Assembly (NCBI GenBank): GCA_016181305.1 | Contig: JACOZN010000010.1 | Location: 66,814 to 130,813, forward strand | Length of the DNA: 64,000 nt | Direction of reading: 5' to 3' | Source of the DNA: Candidatus Woesearchaeota archaeon | Lineage (GTDB): Archaea; Nanobdellota; Nanobdellia; Woesearchaeales; GW2011-AR4 | Shown here: in pieces, positions 43,195-52,498 of the stretch | Numbering within the stretch: position 1 is the stretch's first letter | Layout: each line of letters begins with the position of its first letter | The notes under the pieces: model-generated | Database searches by the model: none | What the model saw: the letters and a program-made list of their open reading frames with translations, nothing else | What the model was told of the DNA's origin: nothing | Made by a program: the position numbers and the translations under genes

Positions 43195-44405
43195 TTTACC
43201 GACTCTACAAGCCTGTTGAATTTTTTTCCGATTAAGTCCCATGAATAGGCTCTTTTTACATGATTATGCCCGTTAAAAACCAATGATTTCCTGAGTTTCG
43301 GGCTTGACAATAATTTTATTATTGCATTTGCCAGCTCTTCAGAATTTTTTTGCCTTACCAGCAAGCCTGTCTTATTGTGCTTTATAATGTCCGGAATGCC
43401 GCCCACATCGCTTCCTATGACGCAAGTGCCTGACGCCAGCGCCTCAAGGAATGCAACCCCGAGCCCTTCTGTATCGCCGCTTTCCGTCACAATCGAAGGG
43501 CCCACAAACAAATCAGCAGATGCATAGTACTGAGGCAGAAGCCTGTTCTCCACCCTGCCGGCAAATGCTACATTATTTCCAAGTCCAAGTTCTTCCACAA
43601 GCAATTCCAAGCTTCCCCTTTCAGGCCCGTCCCCTGCAATAACAAGCTTTGCCTGCGGGAATTTTTTGACTACCTGGCTCATTGCTGTTACAAGGTACCT
43701 GTACCCTTTTTTTTCAACAAGCCTGCCGACACCCAGAATAAACTCTTTTTTTATTCTAAATTTTCTCCTTAATTTATCATTTTTGCCCCTTTTCCTGAAA
43801 ATTTTCATATCAACTCCCATAGGTATCAGGTTTATGCCTTTTTTATCGAATATCTGCTCCAGCTTGCGCCTGGTAAAGGCGCTGTTGGCTGTGCAATATG
43901 CGGAGTTTTTTATGACTAATGTGGCTAAAATCCTGAGGATGGGGGACTTGATGGGAAAGATATCGCCTGCATGCGCTGTAGCAATGTATGGAGTCCCAAA
44001 AAGCTTTTTGCACAAGTATGCGGCAACACCCTGAGGGATTATCCAGTGGGCATGTACAATGTCAATTTTTTCTTTTTTTATCAGCTTGGCCATGCTGAAA
44101 AATTCCGACAAAAAAAGCAGCGGGAGCTGGAATACGGCAATTTTGTGCCTTTTTAAGTTTGCCAGAATTCCCCCTTCATAGCAGACCTTTTGGAGCCTAT
44201 ACGGCACAAAATATGAAAACCTGTAGATTTTGACATTGCCAATAATTTCATGTTTTTTTGCATTATGGAAATGCGGCGCCAAAGCTATTACATTATGCCC
44301 GCAGCCTGCAAGCTGCCTGCACAATTCAAAAACAAAACCCGGCTCGGTGTCATTTTTCCATCTCGGGAATGTCGTGGCTGCCTCGAGTATGCTTCTTTTT
44401 GGCAT
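43191..44405 (-). CDS. GT4-family (GT-B) glycosyltransferase
   Basis: 'EGLGVAFLEALASGTCVIGSDVGGIPDII' is the classic Glycos_transf_1 E-x7-E region. The N-terminal half is Glyco_trans_4-like. Confidence 0.8.
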   Translation of the reverse strand: MPKRSILEAATTFPRWKNDTEPGFVFELCRQLAGCGHNVIALAPHFHNAKKHEIIGNVKIYRFSYFVPYRLQKVCYEGGILANLKRHKIAVFQLPLLFLSEFFSMAKLIKKEKIDIVHAHWIIPQGVAAYLCKKLFGTPYIATAHAGDIFPIKSPILRILATLVIKNSAYCTANSAFTRRKLEQIFDKKGINLIPMGVDMKIFRKRGKNDKLRRKFRIKKEFILGVGRLVEKKGYRYLVTAMSQVVKKFPQAKLVIAGDGPERGSLELLVEELGLGNNVAFAGRVENRLLPQYYASADLFVGPSIVTESGDTEGLGVAFLEALASGTCVIGSDVGGIPDIIKHNKTGLLVRQKNSEELANAIIKLLSSPKLRKSLVFNGHNHVKRAYSWDLIGKKFNRLVESVK

Positions 44406-44427
44406 GGCTTATAAAAACAAGCCATGG

Positions 44428-44437
44428 TTTAAAAATA
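44428..44437 (-). promoter_or_regulatory. TATA box (minus-strand TATTTTTAAA) for the GT4 gene
   Basis: The proximal edge is 23 nt upstream of ATG 44405. Confidence 0.45.
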
Positions 44438-44467
44438 TTGTCAAAATGATATTTGCCAAAAACAAAC

Positions 44468-44476
44468 TTTTAAATA
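44468..44476 (+). promoter_or_regulatory. TATA box TTTTAAATA for the second flippase gene
   Basis: It ends 23 nt upstream of ATG 44499. Confidence 0.55.
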
Positions 44477-44498
44477 AGCTGTCGGGAAACTTTAAGCC

Positions 44499-45935
44499 AT
44501 GAACGGAGTAAAAAACATAGCAATAAACACTGCCAGCCTGATAATATCAGAGGTAATCACAAAGATCGTGCAGTTCCTGATATTTGTGTTCATTGCCCGC
44601 TCTTTGGGCAGCGTTGTATTTGGAAAGTTCAATTTTGCCTATTCTTTTTCCATGATTGCCGTGCTCCTTATGGACTTGGGCATAAACTACATGCTGGTAA
44701 GAAACATGGCAAAAAACAAGAAGCTCGCAGGCGATTACATAATTAACTCCTTTGCGATAAAAATCATATTGTCGGCCATATCCTTCGCGGCAATATACTT
44801 TATTTTCAGCATGTCAAACTATCCTGAAGACACCAGAATGATAGTTTATATATTGGTGCTGTTTGCATTTTTGAGGTCTTTCACAGAGCTTGTATTTTCC
44901 GTGTTCAAGGCTTATGAAGCAATGCATTACGAGGCCTTCCTGAAAATTCTGAGGATGATTGCCACGCTTATATTTGGGCTTGCGGCGCTCAAGATACGCA
45001 AGGACATTGTGCTTTTGGCCATAATCTTCCTGCTTGTTGAGGGCGCAGTTTTCATCATAAGCCTTGTGATTGCCTTGTCTAAGTTCCTGAAGCTTAAGCT
45101 TTCCCTGAGCTTCGGTTTTTCCAGAGAAATCCTAAAAGAGGCTTTCCCATTCAGCCTTTCGTTTGTATTCGCCAGCGTATATTTCTACATTGGCAGCGTA
45201 ATGCTTTCTGCAATGAAAGGCGACAGCGCAGTCGGGATATACAGCGCGGCATACAACCTTACTTTAGCTATTCTTTTCATTCCAGGAATGTACACATTTG
45301 CCATCTACCCCGTCATTTCAAAAAACTTCGGCAAATTCAGGGACAGGGTAGTGCTGATATACGAAAAATCATTCAAATATATGTACATAATCGGGCTTCC
45401 GATAAGCATTGGATTTTTCATGCTCGCAGAAAAAATCATATTATTTTTTTATGGAAGAGAGTTTGCAGAGTCAGTGCTTGTGCTAAAGCTTGTATCATGG
45501 TTTGTTTTCATAAAGTTCATAAGCTTCATTACAGGCATAATATTGTCTGTGCAGATACAAAGGCTAAGGGCATTTGCACAGGGTGTCACCGCAGTGCTGA
45601 ACCTTGCGCTTAACTTTTTGCTGATACCAAAATACAGCTACATTGGGGCTGCGGTTGCAACGTTAATAAGCGAAACGGCGCTGTTTGCGCTTACTTTGAT
45701 GTTTGTTTCAAAATATTTCCATGTTTTTGACATATTGAAATTATTGCACAAGCCGCTGCTAGCATCTGCAATCATGGCGGCATTTATTATTTATCTAAAT
45801 ATAAACCTGTTTGCAGTCATGGCAGTCGGGGCAATAGTATATTTTGCGGCATTATTTTTGCTGAAAACATTTGATGAAAGGGACTATTCCCTGATGAAGA
45901 GCCTGGTAAAAATCGACAATGGGCAAGAATATTAG
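44499..45935 (+). CDS. Wzx-like oligosaccharide/polysaccharide flippase (MOP superfamily), second copy
   Basis: 478 aa with about 12-14 hydrophobic segments. The N-terminus 'IAINTASLIISEVITKIVQFLIFVFIARSLG' is typical of Polysacc_synt proteins. Confidence 0.7.
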   Translation: MNGVKNIAINTASLIISEVITKIVQFLIFVFIARSLGSVVFGKFNFAYSFSMIAVLLMDLGINYMLVRNMAKNKKLAGDYIINSFAIKIILSAISFAAIYFIFSMSNYPEDTRMIVYILVLFAFLRSFTELVFSVFKAYEAMHYEAFLKILRMIATLIFGLAALKIRKDIVLLAIIFLLVEGAVFIISLVIALSKFLKLKLSLSFGFSREILKEAFPFSLSFVFASVYFYIGSVMLSAMKGDSAVGIYSAAYNLTLAILFIPGMYTFAIYPVISKNFGKFRDRVVLIYEKSFKYMYIIGLPISIGFFMLAEKIILFFYGREFAESVLVLKLVSWFVFIKFISFITGIILSVQIQRLRAFAQGVTAVLNLALNFLLIPKYSYIGAAVATLISETALFALTLMFVSKYFHVFDILKLLHKPLLASAIMAAFIIYLNINLFAVMAVGAIVYFAALFLLKTFDERDYSLMKSLVKIDNGQEY

Positions 45936-47172
45936 ACTATGGGCGGAAAACGGGAATTCAATTCTTGAGGGAATAAGAAACAGGAGCGTGGAAAGCCATG
46001 TTGCTGCTGATTTTCTGCAGAAGGAACTGCATGAGGCAGTTTACTCGTATGTAAACGGCGGGTTTTCGAAAGCAGGGTATATCCTGTACCCATTTGTAAA
46101 AGGCCTTTCAAAGGATATTTTCAACAAGCTAAGCGATGTTAAGGCCGCAGCTGAATTTCTGGATGAATCAGGCTGCGATTTCAGCAATTCCCTGAGCCTG
46201 TACAGGAATACGAAATTGAGCGGGAAGAGCGCGCCGGTTTTTATATCGAAGCTTTACCAGGATTTCTCAGAGATTGAAAAATCAGGAGTGAAAAATAAGA
46301 AAGTCAGATTCAAGAAAATTGATATCAAAGATTACGACAAGAGGGATTCTGAATACCTAAAGCCTGTAATTGGGCTCAAGGACTTTGCAAATGACAGCTT
46401 AAGGGATTTTGCTGTTGATATGCATATACACGGCAGCATAGCCACCAGAGACTATGTAAAGGGCTGGAGCGACCTTGACACGCTTATTATAATAAAAAAT
46501 GGCGTTATAAACGACCCAGAACTGCTGGCTGAGCTGAGGAATACCCTTTACAAATCAAAAAAATATTTTTATTTGGTTGACCCTCTGCAGCACCACGGGC
46601 ATATGGCTGTAACAGAATATGACATGGAATATTACTGCCAGTCATTCTTTCCGCTTGTCTTGTTTGATTATTCAAAATCGGTTTTTGGCAGCAAATACCT
46701 GAATTTCGGCGTAAGGGACGACAAAGCTGAAAGGATGGAAAGATTTCGTGTATTTTCAGGCTATTTTAAAAGCCTTTATTCAGGCAGGATAAAAAGAATG
46801 GGCTGCTACGAGCTTAAATTCCTGCTGCACATGATTTCCCTTTTCCCGACAATGTACCTCCAGGCAAAAGGCATGCACGTCTACAAGAAGTTCTCATTCG
46901 GGATAGCCAAAAGGGATTTCAGCAAAAGCGAATGGAATCCAATAGAAGCAGCGACAGGCATAAGGAGCAGGTGGAAAGCGCCGGCAAAAATGCCTTTCAC
47001 AGCAATGGCTTCGCGCATAAATCCGTTGCTGGCTTACCAGGCAAATGCAAAATACTGGGACATGACAAATAATATCAATAACCTGAACAGGGTGAATGTC
47101 CAAAGCCTTGTAAATGGAATGCACATATTGTCTGAAAAAGCAAAAGCTAGGATAGAGGGCTTTTTTAAATAG
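45919..47172 (+). CDS. Hypothetical protein with a Pol-beta-fold nucleotidyltransferase core
   Basis: 'DMHIHGSIATRDYVKGWSDLDTLIIIKNG' fits the hG[GS]-x9-13-DhD minimal NTase pattern. It overlaps the flippase stop by 17 nt. Confidence 0.5.
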   Translation: MGKNIRLWAENGNSILEGIRNRSVESHVAADFLQKELHEAVYSYVNGGFSKAGYILYPFVKGLSKDIFNKLSDVKAAAEFLDESGCDFSNSLSLYRNTKLSGKSAPVFISKLYQDFSEIEKSGVKNKKVRFKKIDIKDYDKRDSEYLKPVIGLKDFANDSLRDFAVDMHIHGSIATRDYVKGWSDLDTLIIIKNGVINDPELLAELRNTLYKSKKYFYLVDPLQHHGHMAVTEYDMEYYCQSFFPLVLFDYSKSVFGSKYLNFGVRDDKAERMERFRVFSGYFKSLYSGRIKRMGCYELKFLLHMISLFPTMYLQAKGMHVYKKFSFGIAKRDFSKSEWNPIEAATGIRSRWKAPAKMPFTAMASRINPLLAYQANAKYWDMTNNINNLNRVNVQSLVNGMHILSEKAKARIEGFFK

Positions 47173-48385
47173 ATTCTATACCAACATTCTTTAATGTACT
47201 TCTTATGTAAAAAAGCGCCCTCCTGAACAGGGAATTGCTCGTTATTATGACGTACAGCAAAATCATCTTGTTTTTCAGGCCCTTTTCTGTCTTGTACCCT
47301 AGTGGGAAAAAGCATGGAAAGTGGGAATGCTTAAGGCTGTTTGCCAATTCGACCTGCTCATTAAGATTTATTATTCTCTTCTCCAGAACCTGGTCCAATT
47401 TTTCCTGAAAGCAATTTATGCTGAGCCTCCTTCTGATGTACCTGCTCAGCCTTCCCTTGGCGCTTGAATAGCAGCAAAGCTGCTTCAGAAGGCTTATCGG
47501 GAGTATTGAGTAGAAATTCTTGTGCTTAATGAAATGGCTTATCATCCGGGATATGGCCTTATCAGGGTGCCACTCAGCTGTAAATGATATCCTTGCCTTG
47601 TAGCCCCTAAACAGCACATCACGCTGCTTCGCATGCAGCAGGCTGTTTTTATCCCTGGACAAGAATGCGTCAAATTCCTTTACAAAGTCTGATGATATGT
47701 AAACTGACTCTTTCAGCAGGCCAAGAAGCATGTCTTTTCTGATGTTGTCATCCATATCAAACCAGTTTTTCCTTATATGGCTTATTTTTTCAGAGAATTT
47801 TTTCCATTCAGGCTTTTTGACGCCCGATATGTCATGAAACATTCTGAAGGTATGGCTTATGGCGTTAAGCCTAAGCAGGCACATCCTTATGTTGATTTTT
47901 TTTGACAGAAGTATGTAAAGAAAGTCCACAGGAAAATGCCTTAATGTGGTGTCTGTGACAAGATACTTCTTGATTTTTTTAATTTCTGTATCTTTTGGCT
48001 TGTAAATCTCTATTTCTTTGCCGTATATTTTTATGTAGTCCGAGCTCGGATATATGTACCTTATGTTCTTGAATATATTCTCGGTAAAAATCAGGAAGGG
48101 GTGGAAAACAAGGTATTTTGAATCATCGTCTATGTAGTTTTTCTTCAGGAGGGGCGGCAATTTAGAGCCTTCTTTAAGCACAAATATCAGGTCGATGTCC
48201 GATATTCCAGGGGCGCTTACCTTGCCGAATCCATAAACCGACAGAATCCGGTGCTCTTTTTGCACCTTCTTTTTTATCCTTCCAAGCACCCTGCCGTAAT
48301 CTTCCAGCCTGTACTTTACAGGGTGTCCGTAAAAAGAAAGCTCTTCTTTTTTTAGATTTCTGATGTAATTATTTTTTATTTCCAT
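47165..48385 (-). CDS. Hypothetical protein with a Pol-beta-fold nucleotidyltransferase core (distant paralog of 45919..47172)
   Basis: 'LSVYGFGKVSAPGISDIDLIFVLKEG' fits the same G-x-DxD pattern. The gene is convergent, and its 3' end overlaps the partner gene by 8 nt. Confidence 0.5.
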   Translation of the reverse strand: MEIKNNYIRNLKKEELSFYGHPVKYRLEDYGRVLGRIKKKVQKEHRILSVYGFGKVSAPGISDIDLIFVLKEGSKLPPLLKKNYIDDDSKYLVFHPFLIFTENIFKNIRYIYPSSDYIKIYGKEIEIYKPKDTEIKKIKKYLVTDTTLRHFPVDFLYILLSKKINIRMCLLRLNAISHTFRMFHDISGVKKPEWKKFSEKISHIRKNWFDMDDNIRKDMLLGLLKESVYISSDFVKEFDAFLSRDKNSLLHAKQRDVLFRGYKARISFTAEWHPDKAISRMISHFIKHKNFYSILPISLLKQLCCYSSAKGRLSRYIRRRLSINCFQEKLDQVLEKRIINLNEQVELANSLKHSHFPCFFPLGYKTEKGLKNKMILLYVIITSNSLFRRALFYIRSTLKNVGIESI

Positions 48386-48398
48386 GCGGCCAAGAATC

Positions 48399-49202
48399 CT
48401 ACCTGAACCTTATTGGGTTTCTCTTTTTCATCTCCGTGTACAGATAATCAAACTCCTCTTTGCTTATTTTTTTGGTGTTGATTTTTTCCATTACCATCCC
48501 AAAATCATGATTTCCCGAGCCGATCCTGAAATAGTCAATAACCTTAAAGCCGATAAACTGGAAGAATGTCTCGTAAAGGCTGCTGATGTAAGCGCCGTGG
48601 CAGTGTATGCTGTAGCCGTGCTTTTTTGTCAGATTGGACATCACTGCATACAATTCCATGCTCCGGTAGACATTAGAATGGGCATCGTCCTCGATGCCCG
48701 AGTTGTCATGCAGAAGGCTGTCAGAGAATGTTATGTCAAACTCCTTGTTTGCTTTTGAGCTGAAATTCTGCAGGTCAAGGCTGCCGGAATTCTCCTTCAC
48801 AGGAAGGGCTGAAGCCTCGGCGCCAAGCTTTTTGAGGAAATCCAGATGCTCTCTCTTTGAATCGTTAGGCGCCAGCTCCAAAACAGATATTCCTGACATT
48901 GCGCCTGCGGTAATAAGCGCTTTTTTTAACTCGTTGACTTTTAAATCCTCCATCTCAAATATCTTTTTTGAGAGGTTGAACTCCACAAACGGCTCTATAA
49001 CGCTGAAAAATCCGCCTAAGTCGTTTTTAACAAGGAAGGAGCAGTTTATCGTGAGGAACAGCAGAGGGTCGTAGCCTGAATCCAAAATGCGCGGAAATTT
49101 GCCCTTTTCAAACAGGGCAATTCCGTTGCCAGTGTTCTCATAGAATATCTGCACCTTGCTGCTTATGCTGTCATCAATACCGCTTTCAATCCTTACTTCC
49201 AT
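48399..49202 (-). CDS. Hypothetical protein; the C-terminal half is vaguely class-I-methyltransferase-like without an obvious Gly-rich SAM loop
   Basis: 'ISVLELAPND', 'FDITFSDSLLHD' and 'LTKKHGYSIH'. The track start at 49280 is TTG, and the first ATG is 49202. Confidence 0.4.
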   Translation of the reverse strand: MEVRIESGIDDSISSKVQIFYENTGNGIALFEKGKFPRILDSGYDPLLFLTINCSFLVKNDLGGFFSVIEPFVEFNLSKKIFEMEDLKVNELKKALITAGAMSGISVLELAPNDSKREHLDFLKKLGAEASALPVKENSGSLDLQNFSSKANKEFDITFSDSLLHDNSGIEDDAHSNVYRSMELYAVMSNLTKKHGYSIHCHGAYISSLYETFFQFIGFKVIDYFRIGSGNHDFGMVMEKINTKKISKEEFDYLYTEMKKRNPIRFR

Positions 49203-49305
49203 AAAACAGGGTGCGGCAACTCGGTTTATAAAGCTTTTCTTGACTCGCTGCGTAATAAACTGCCATAATAAAAAAGGCAAAAGAGGCCATATTTGCCGAT
49301 TATGC

Positions 49306-50850
49306 TTATGCTGCGCTGATGAAATTCTTCAGCTTTATCTTGCTATCCATGCTCAGGCTGTTATAGATTCTGAGCTTGATGTGCTCCGGCAGAGTGTAAA
49401 GATACGTCAAAAACAGCGGAAAATTCCTGTATTTTTCAAAGAATTTTATAGCCGAGTCTTTCAGCAGGAGTTTTACCAGGAATTTTGGTATTTTGCCGCT
49501 CTTCCATCCCTTATGGGTGCCCGAAATCCAGAAAATGAGATTGTTGAGGTATATGTTGGTTGCTTTCTTCACATGGTAATTCACGTTGAAATAGTCTGCA
49601 GTGTAGCCGGCATCCTCCTCCTGCTTGATAACGCCGTCTTCCTTTGCCTTGTTGTACAGCGCAATGCCCGGGAAAAAAACAAGATTGTAGGAGTCAAGCC
49701 TGAAAGGCTCGGGCAGGCTCATTGCCAAATCTATTGTCTGGAGCAGGTCGTTCCTCTCCTCGTAGGGGTTTGAGTATATGAGCTCGTATCTTGGCATCAG
49801 CCTGTCCCTGAATTTATTGACAACCTGCGCTGCTTTCAGGATATCTTCCCTGAATATCGGCCTGTTGTAGTACTCAAGGGTTCTTCTGCTGCCGGACTGC
49901 ACGCCTATCAGAATTTCCTTCAGGCCGGCGTCAACAAGCAGCCCCAGCTTGTCCTCGACAATGTGCTTGGCAATCCCATAGCACCTGAAAGGGAGATTGA
50001 TGTGCTTTTTGTACAATTCGTTGAAAAGTGCCAAGTCTTCTCTGGTTCTCATTACAAGGCAGTCGTCAGTGAACCAGATTTTATTCATTGACGGCAGGTT
50101 CTTCTTTATCTCGAGAAGCTCTTTTATGACATAGGGTATGCTTTTTTTCCTGACTATCCTGAACTTGCCCGAGTACAGCTCATTGAACGTGTGGTTGCTG
50201 CAAAAGGAGCATGTGTAAGGGCAGCCGCGCTGAGTGTAGACAAGGACAAGGTTTTCCTTGTATTTCTCGAAAAAATAATCTTCCTTCATCTTAACAAGCT
50301 TGCCCTCGACAAGTATGTGCTCATCATCAAGGTTGTAGTCCGGAATGGGCAGTGCATCCAGGTCATTATTCAGCGGCCTCAGCTCATTTTTTATTACAAC
50401 ACCATTTTTCCTCAGCCACAGGTTTTTAATGTCTGAAACATCCTGATTTTTTTCAATCCTCTGGACGAATTCAAGCACGGCAAGCTCGCTTTCCCCCCTG
50501 AAAACATAGTCGACTGACTCGATGCACTTGTCGGGATTCATTGTGGGGTAGGCGCCTCCCCAAAGCAGTATCTTGCCTTTAAGCACATTGAACAGCTGCT
50601 TTGCCCTTTCGGCAGTAAGCGCCATCGAGGTAACGCCGACAATATCAGAGTCTTTTGTCAGCTCCTTAACCTGCTCAATAACCCTTTCAGAGTATACTGC
50701 AGAAGAAAGTATGTTGCCGTCTGTTATTTCATTGCTTGTCGTAAGAAAAATCATCCTGACTCTATGCCCGTGGCTTTTCAGGAGAGAAGATATCGACCTT
50801 AATCCATGATGTGCTACATCATTGTCAACGCTTATGAGGGTTATATTCAT
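49306..50850 (-). CDS. B12-binding-domain radical SAM enzyme (class B-like)
   Basis: An N-terminal Rossmann-like B12-type domain plus 'RGCPYTCSFCSN' (CxxxCxxC). The track start at 50859 is GTG. ATG 50850 is preceded by GAGGTGG. Confidence 0.8.
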   Translation of the reverse strand: MNITLISVDNDVAHHGLRSISSLLKSHGHRVRMIFLTTSNEITDGNILSSAVYSERVIEQVKELTKDSDIVGVTSMALTAERAKQLFNVLKGKILLWGGAYPTMNPDKCIESVDYVFRGESELAVLEFVQRIEKNQDVSDIKNLWLRKNGVVIKNELRPLNNDLDALPIPDYNLDDEHILVEGKLVKMKEDYFFEKYKENLVLVYTQRGCPYTCSFCSNHTFNELYSGKFRIVRKKSIPYVIKELLEIKKNLPSMNKIWFTDDCLVMRTREDLALFNELYKKHINLPFRCYGIAKHIVEDKLGLLVDAGLKEILIGVQSGSRRTLEYYNRPIFREDILKAAQVVNKFRDRLMPRYELIYSNPYEERNDLLQTIDLAMSLPEPFRLDSYNLVFFPGIALYNKAKEDGVIKQEEDAGYTADYFNVNYHVKKATNIYLNNLIFWISGTHKGWKSGKIPKFLVKLLLKDSAIKFFEKYRNFPLFLTYLYTLPEHIKLRIYNSLSMDSKIKLKNFISAA

Positions 50851-50855
50851 CCAAG

Positions 50856-50862
50856 CCACCTC
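50856..50862 (-). promoter_or_regulatory. Shine-Dalgarno GAGGTGG for the 49306..50850 gene
   Basis: The minus strand reads AAAGAGGTGGCTTGGATG, with 5 nt of spacing to the ATG. Confidence 0.4.
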
Positions 50863-50940
50863 TTTAAACTCATTCTGGAAATATATTGATTATTGTTTAT
50901 AATACTTTTCCTTTTTATACTGCCGGTAATTCGTCCCAGT

Positions 50941-52365
50941 TCAAAAAATGCCAAGCCTGTCAACTATCTTTTCACCATAAGATCTTATAAAGTTGTAGCG
51001 CGACAATTTCCATGCAAGATACCCAAGCGGCTTGCCCAGCATGTTCTGGAGCGTCCATTTCTCGGCTTCACTTGTGCATATCCTGTAAGCCTTTACCCTT
51101 TCTTCTTTCGGGAAGTCGTCTGTTTCGTATACTATCCCCATATCCTCGGCTTCTGTCTTGAGCGTTCCAAGCGTTTGCGATGCTTTTGTATGTGATGTTT
51201 CTATGTCCATCACAGGCTTTGCATTCTTCTTTGCCCACTCATACAGCTCTGTCTGCGGCATTGGAACTGCATGGCTGTACCTTGGCATGTCAATTCCTGT
51301 CCTTTTGAAAAACTCTATGCTGTCCAGCTCTTTTTTGAATGTAGAGCCGGGCAATCCTATTATAAAGAACCCCTTGACTTTTATCCCGGCTTCCTTGCAG
51401 ATTTTTATTGCATTTTCTATTGTTGATATGCGAGACGGCTTCTTTATGTTTGCCAATACATCGTCATGGACAGACTCTATGCCTATTGACACCATTGTGC
51501 ATCCTGACTCCCTCATCTTAACCATCATGTCCTTGTTGACAGAGTTGGCTGTCAGCCCCTGCCCGACAACCCACCTGATTTTCAGCTTTCTTTTTATTAT
51601 ATCGTCACAAATCCCTATAACCCTGTCCTTGAACAGCCCTATATTGTCATCCATAACCTGAAAATTGTCAATGCCAAGCCTTTTGTTGGCATATTCAATC
51701 TCATCAACTACATTCTTCGGGGACCTGTACCTGTATTTAACGAAAATTGAGGGTATAGTGCAAAAGATGCATTTGTGCGGGCAGCCCCTTGCTGTCATAA
51801 TTGGCAGCTGTATTCTTTTTGGGTTTTTGTTATAGTCCCTAAGGTTGAAAAGGTGCCATGCAGGGAAAGGTATGTCATCAAGATTTTCAGGTAATTCCCT
51901 TGGGTTTATGGTTATTTTCCCTTCTTCCTTGTAGCCCAGCCCGGGGATGCTTTTCCAATCCTCGTTTTTTTCATATTTTTCAAGGAATTTCGGAAGAACA
52001 AAGTCGCCTTCACCAACCACAACAAAGTCAACATCAGATTTGGGCAGTATGGACTCTGACAATGTCGTGACTTCGGGGCCGCCGGCAATTACTATGGCTT
52101 TTGGATTTTGCGATTTCACCTTTTTCATGATTTCAAATGCGTGCTCCAAAGTCAGCGAAGCCAGGCTGATGCACAGCACATCAGGATTAAACTCCTCCAA
52201 TACAGAGTTAAAATTTTTTTCAACTTTTCTGACCCTTAAATCCAGGATGGCTACCTTATGCCCTGCTTTCTCAAGAGCAGCGGCCAGGTAAGCCTGCGCA
52301 AGCAAAGGCCTTTTTGGAGCATAATTCTCCATTGAGTCTTTTGGCTGTATAAGTAGGACTTTCAT
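50941..52365 (-). CDS. B12-binding-domain radical SAM enzyme (class B-like)
   Basis: 'MKVLLIQPK...AYLAAALEKAGHKVAILD' is the B12-type N-domain and 'RGCPHKCIFCT' is the CxxxCxxC motif. Confidence 0.8.
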   Translation of the reverse strand: MKVLLIQPKDSMENYAPKRPLLAQAYLAAALEKAGHKVAILDLRVRKVEKNFNSVLEEFNPDVLCISLASLTLEHAFEIMKKVKSQNPKAIVIAGGPEVTTLSESILPKSDVDFVVVGEGDFVLPKFLEKYEKNEDWKSIPGLGYKEEGKITINPRELPENLDDIPFPAWHLFNLRDYNKNPKRIQLPIMTARGCPHKCIFCTIPSIFVKYRYRSPKNVVDEIEYANKRLGIDNFQVMDDNIGLFKDRVIGICDDIIKRKLKIRWVVGQGLTANSVNKDMMVKMRESGCTMVSIGIESVHDDVLANIKKPSRISTIENAIKICKEAGIKVKGFFIIGLPGSTFKKELDSIEFFKRTGIDMPRYSHAVPMPQTELYEWAKKNAKPVMDIETSHTKASQTLGTLKTEAEDMGIVYETDDFPKEERVKAYRICTSEAEKWTLQNMLGKPLGYLAWKLSRYNFIRSYGEKIVDRLGIF

Positions 52366-52377
52366 AAAGGCTTAGTC

Positions 52378-52386
52378 ATACTGCAT
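52378..52386 (-). repeat. ATGCAGTAT box (minus-strand copy), immediately downstream of the TATA box of the 52365 gene
   Basis: The plus strand reads atactgcat. It is the inverted partner of 52471-52479. Confidence 0.45.
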
Positions 52387-52387
52387 G

Positions 52388-52395
52388 GTATAAAA
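52388..52395 (-). promoter_or_regulatory. TATA box (minus-strand TTTTATAC)
   Basis: It lies 23 nt upstream of ATG 52365. Confidence 0.5.
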
Positions 52396-52457
52396 GTTTT
52401 TCTGTTATTTGGGCATATAAGATTCGTGCAATATGCGCTGTTAAAATCACAGAAAAG

Positions 52458-52467
52458 TTTATATAAA
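52458..52467 (+). promoter_or_regulatory. TATA box TTTATATAAA
   Basis: It ends 32 nt upstream of ATG 52499. Confidence 0.45.
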
Positions 52468-52470
52468 GAA

Positions 52471-52479
52471 ATGCAGTAT
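52471..52479 (+). repeat. ATGCAGTAT box (plus-strand copy) downstream of the TATA box of the 52499 gene
   Basis: Read directly from the sequence. It is the inverted partner of 52378-52386. Confidence 0.45.
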
Positions 52480-52498
52480 TAACAATTGTGAAGATTTC

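Noticed and set aside
47165-48385. HEPN-MNT-like toxin-antitoxin or defence module (an 'RLNAISH' Rx5H string in one NTase-fold protein)
   Set aside because: A single short Rx4-6H-like string is expected by chance. The proteins are about 400 aa rather than minimal MNT/HEPN size, and they sit in operons with glycan enzymes.
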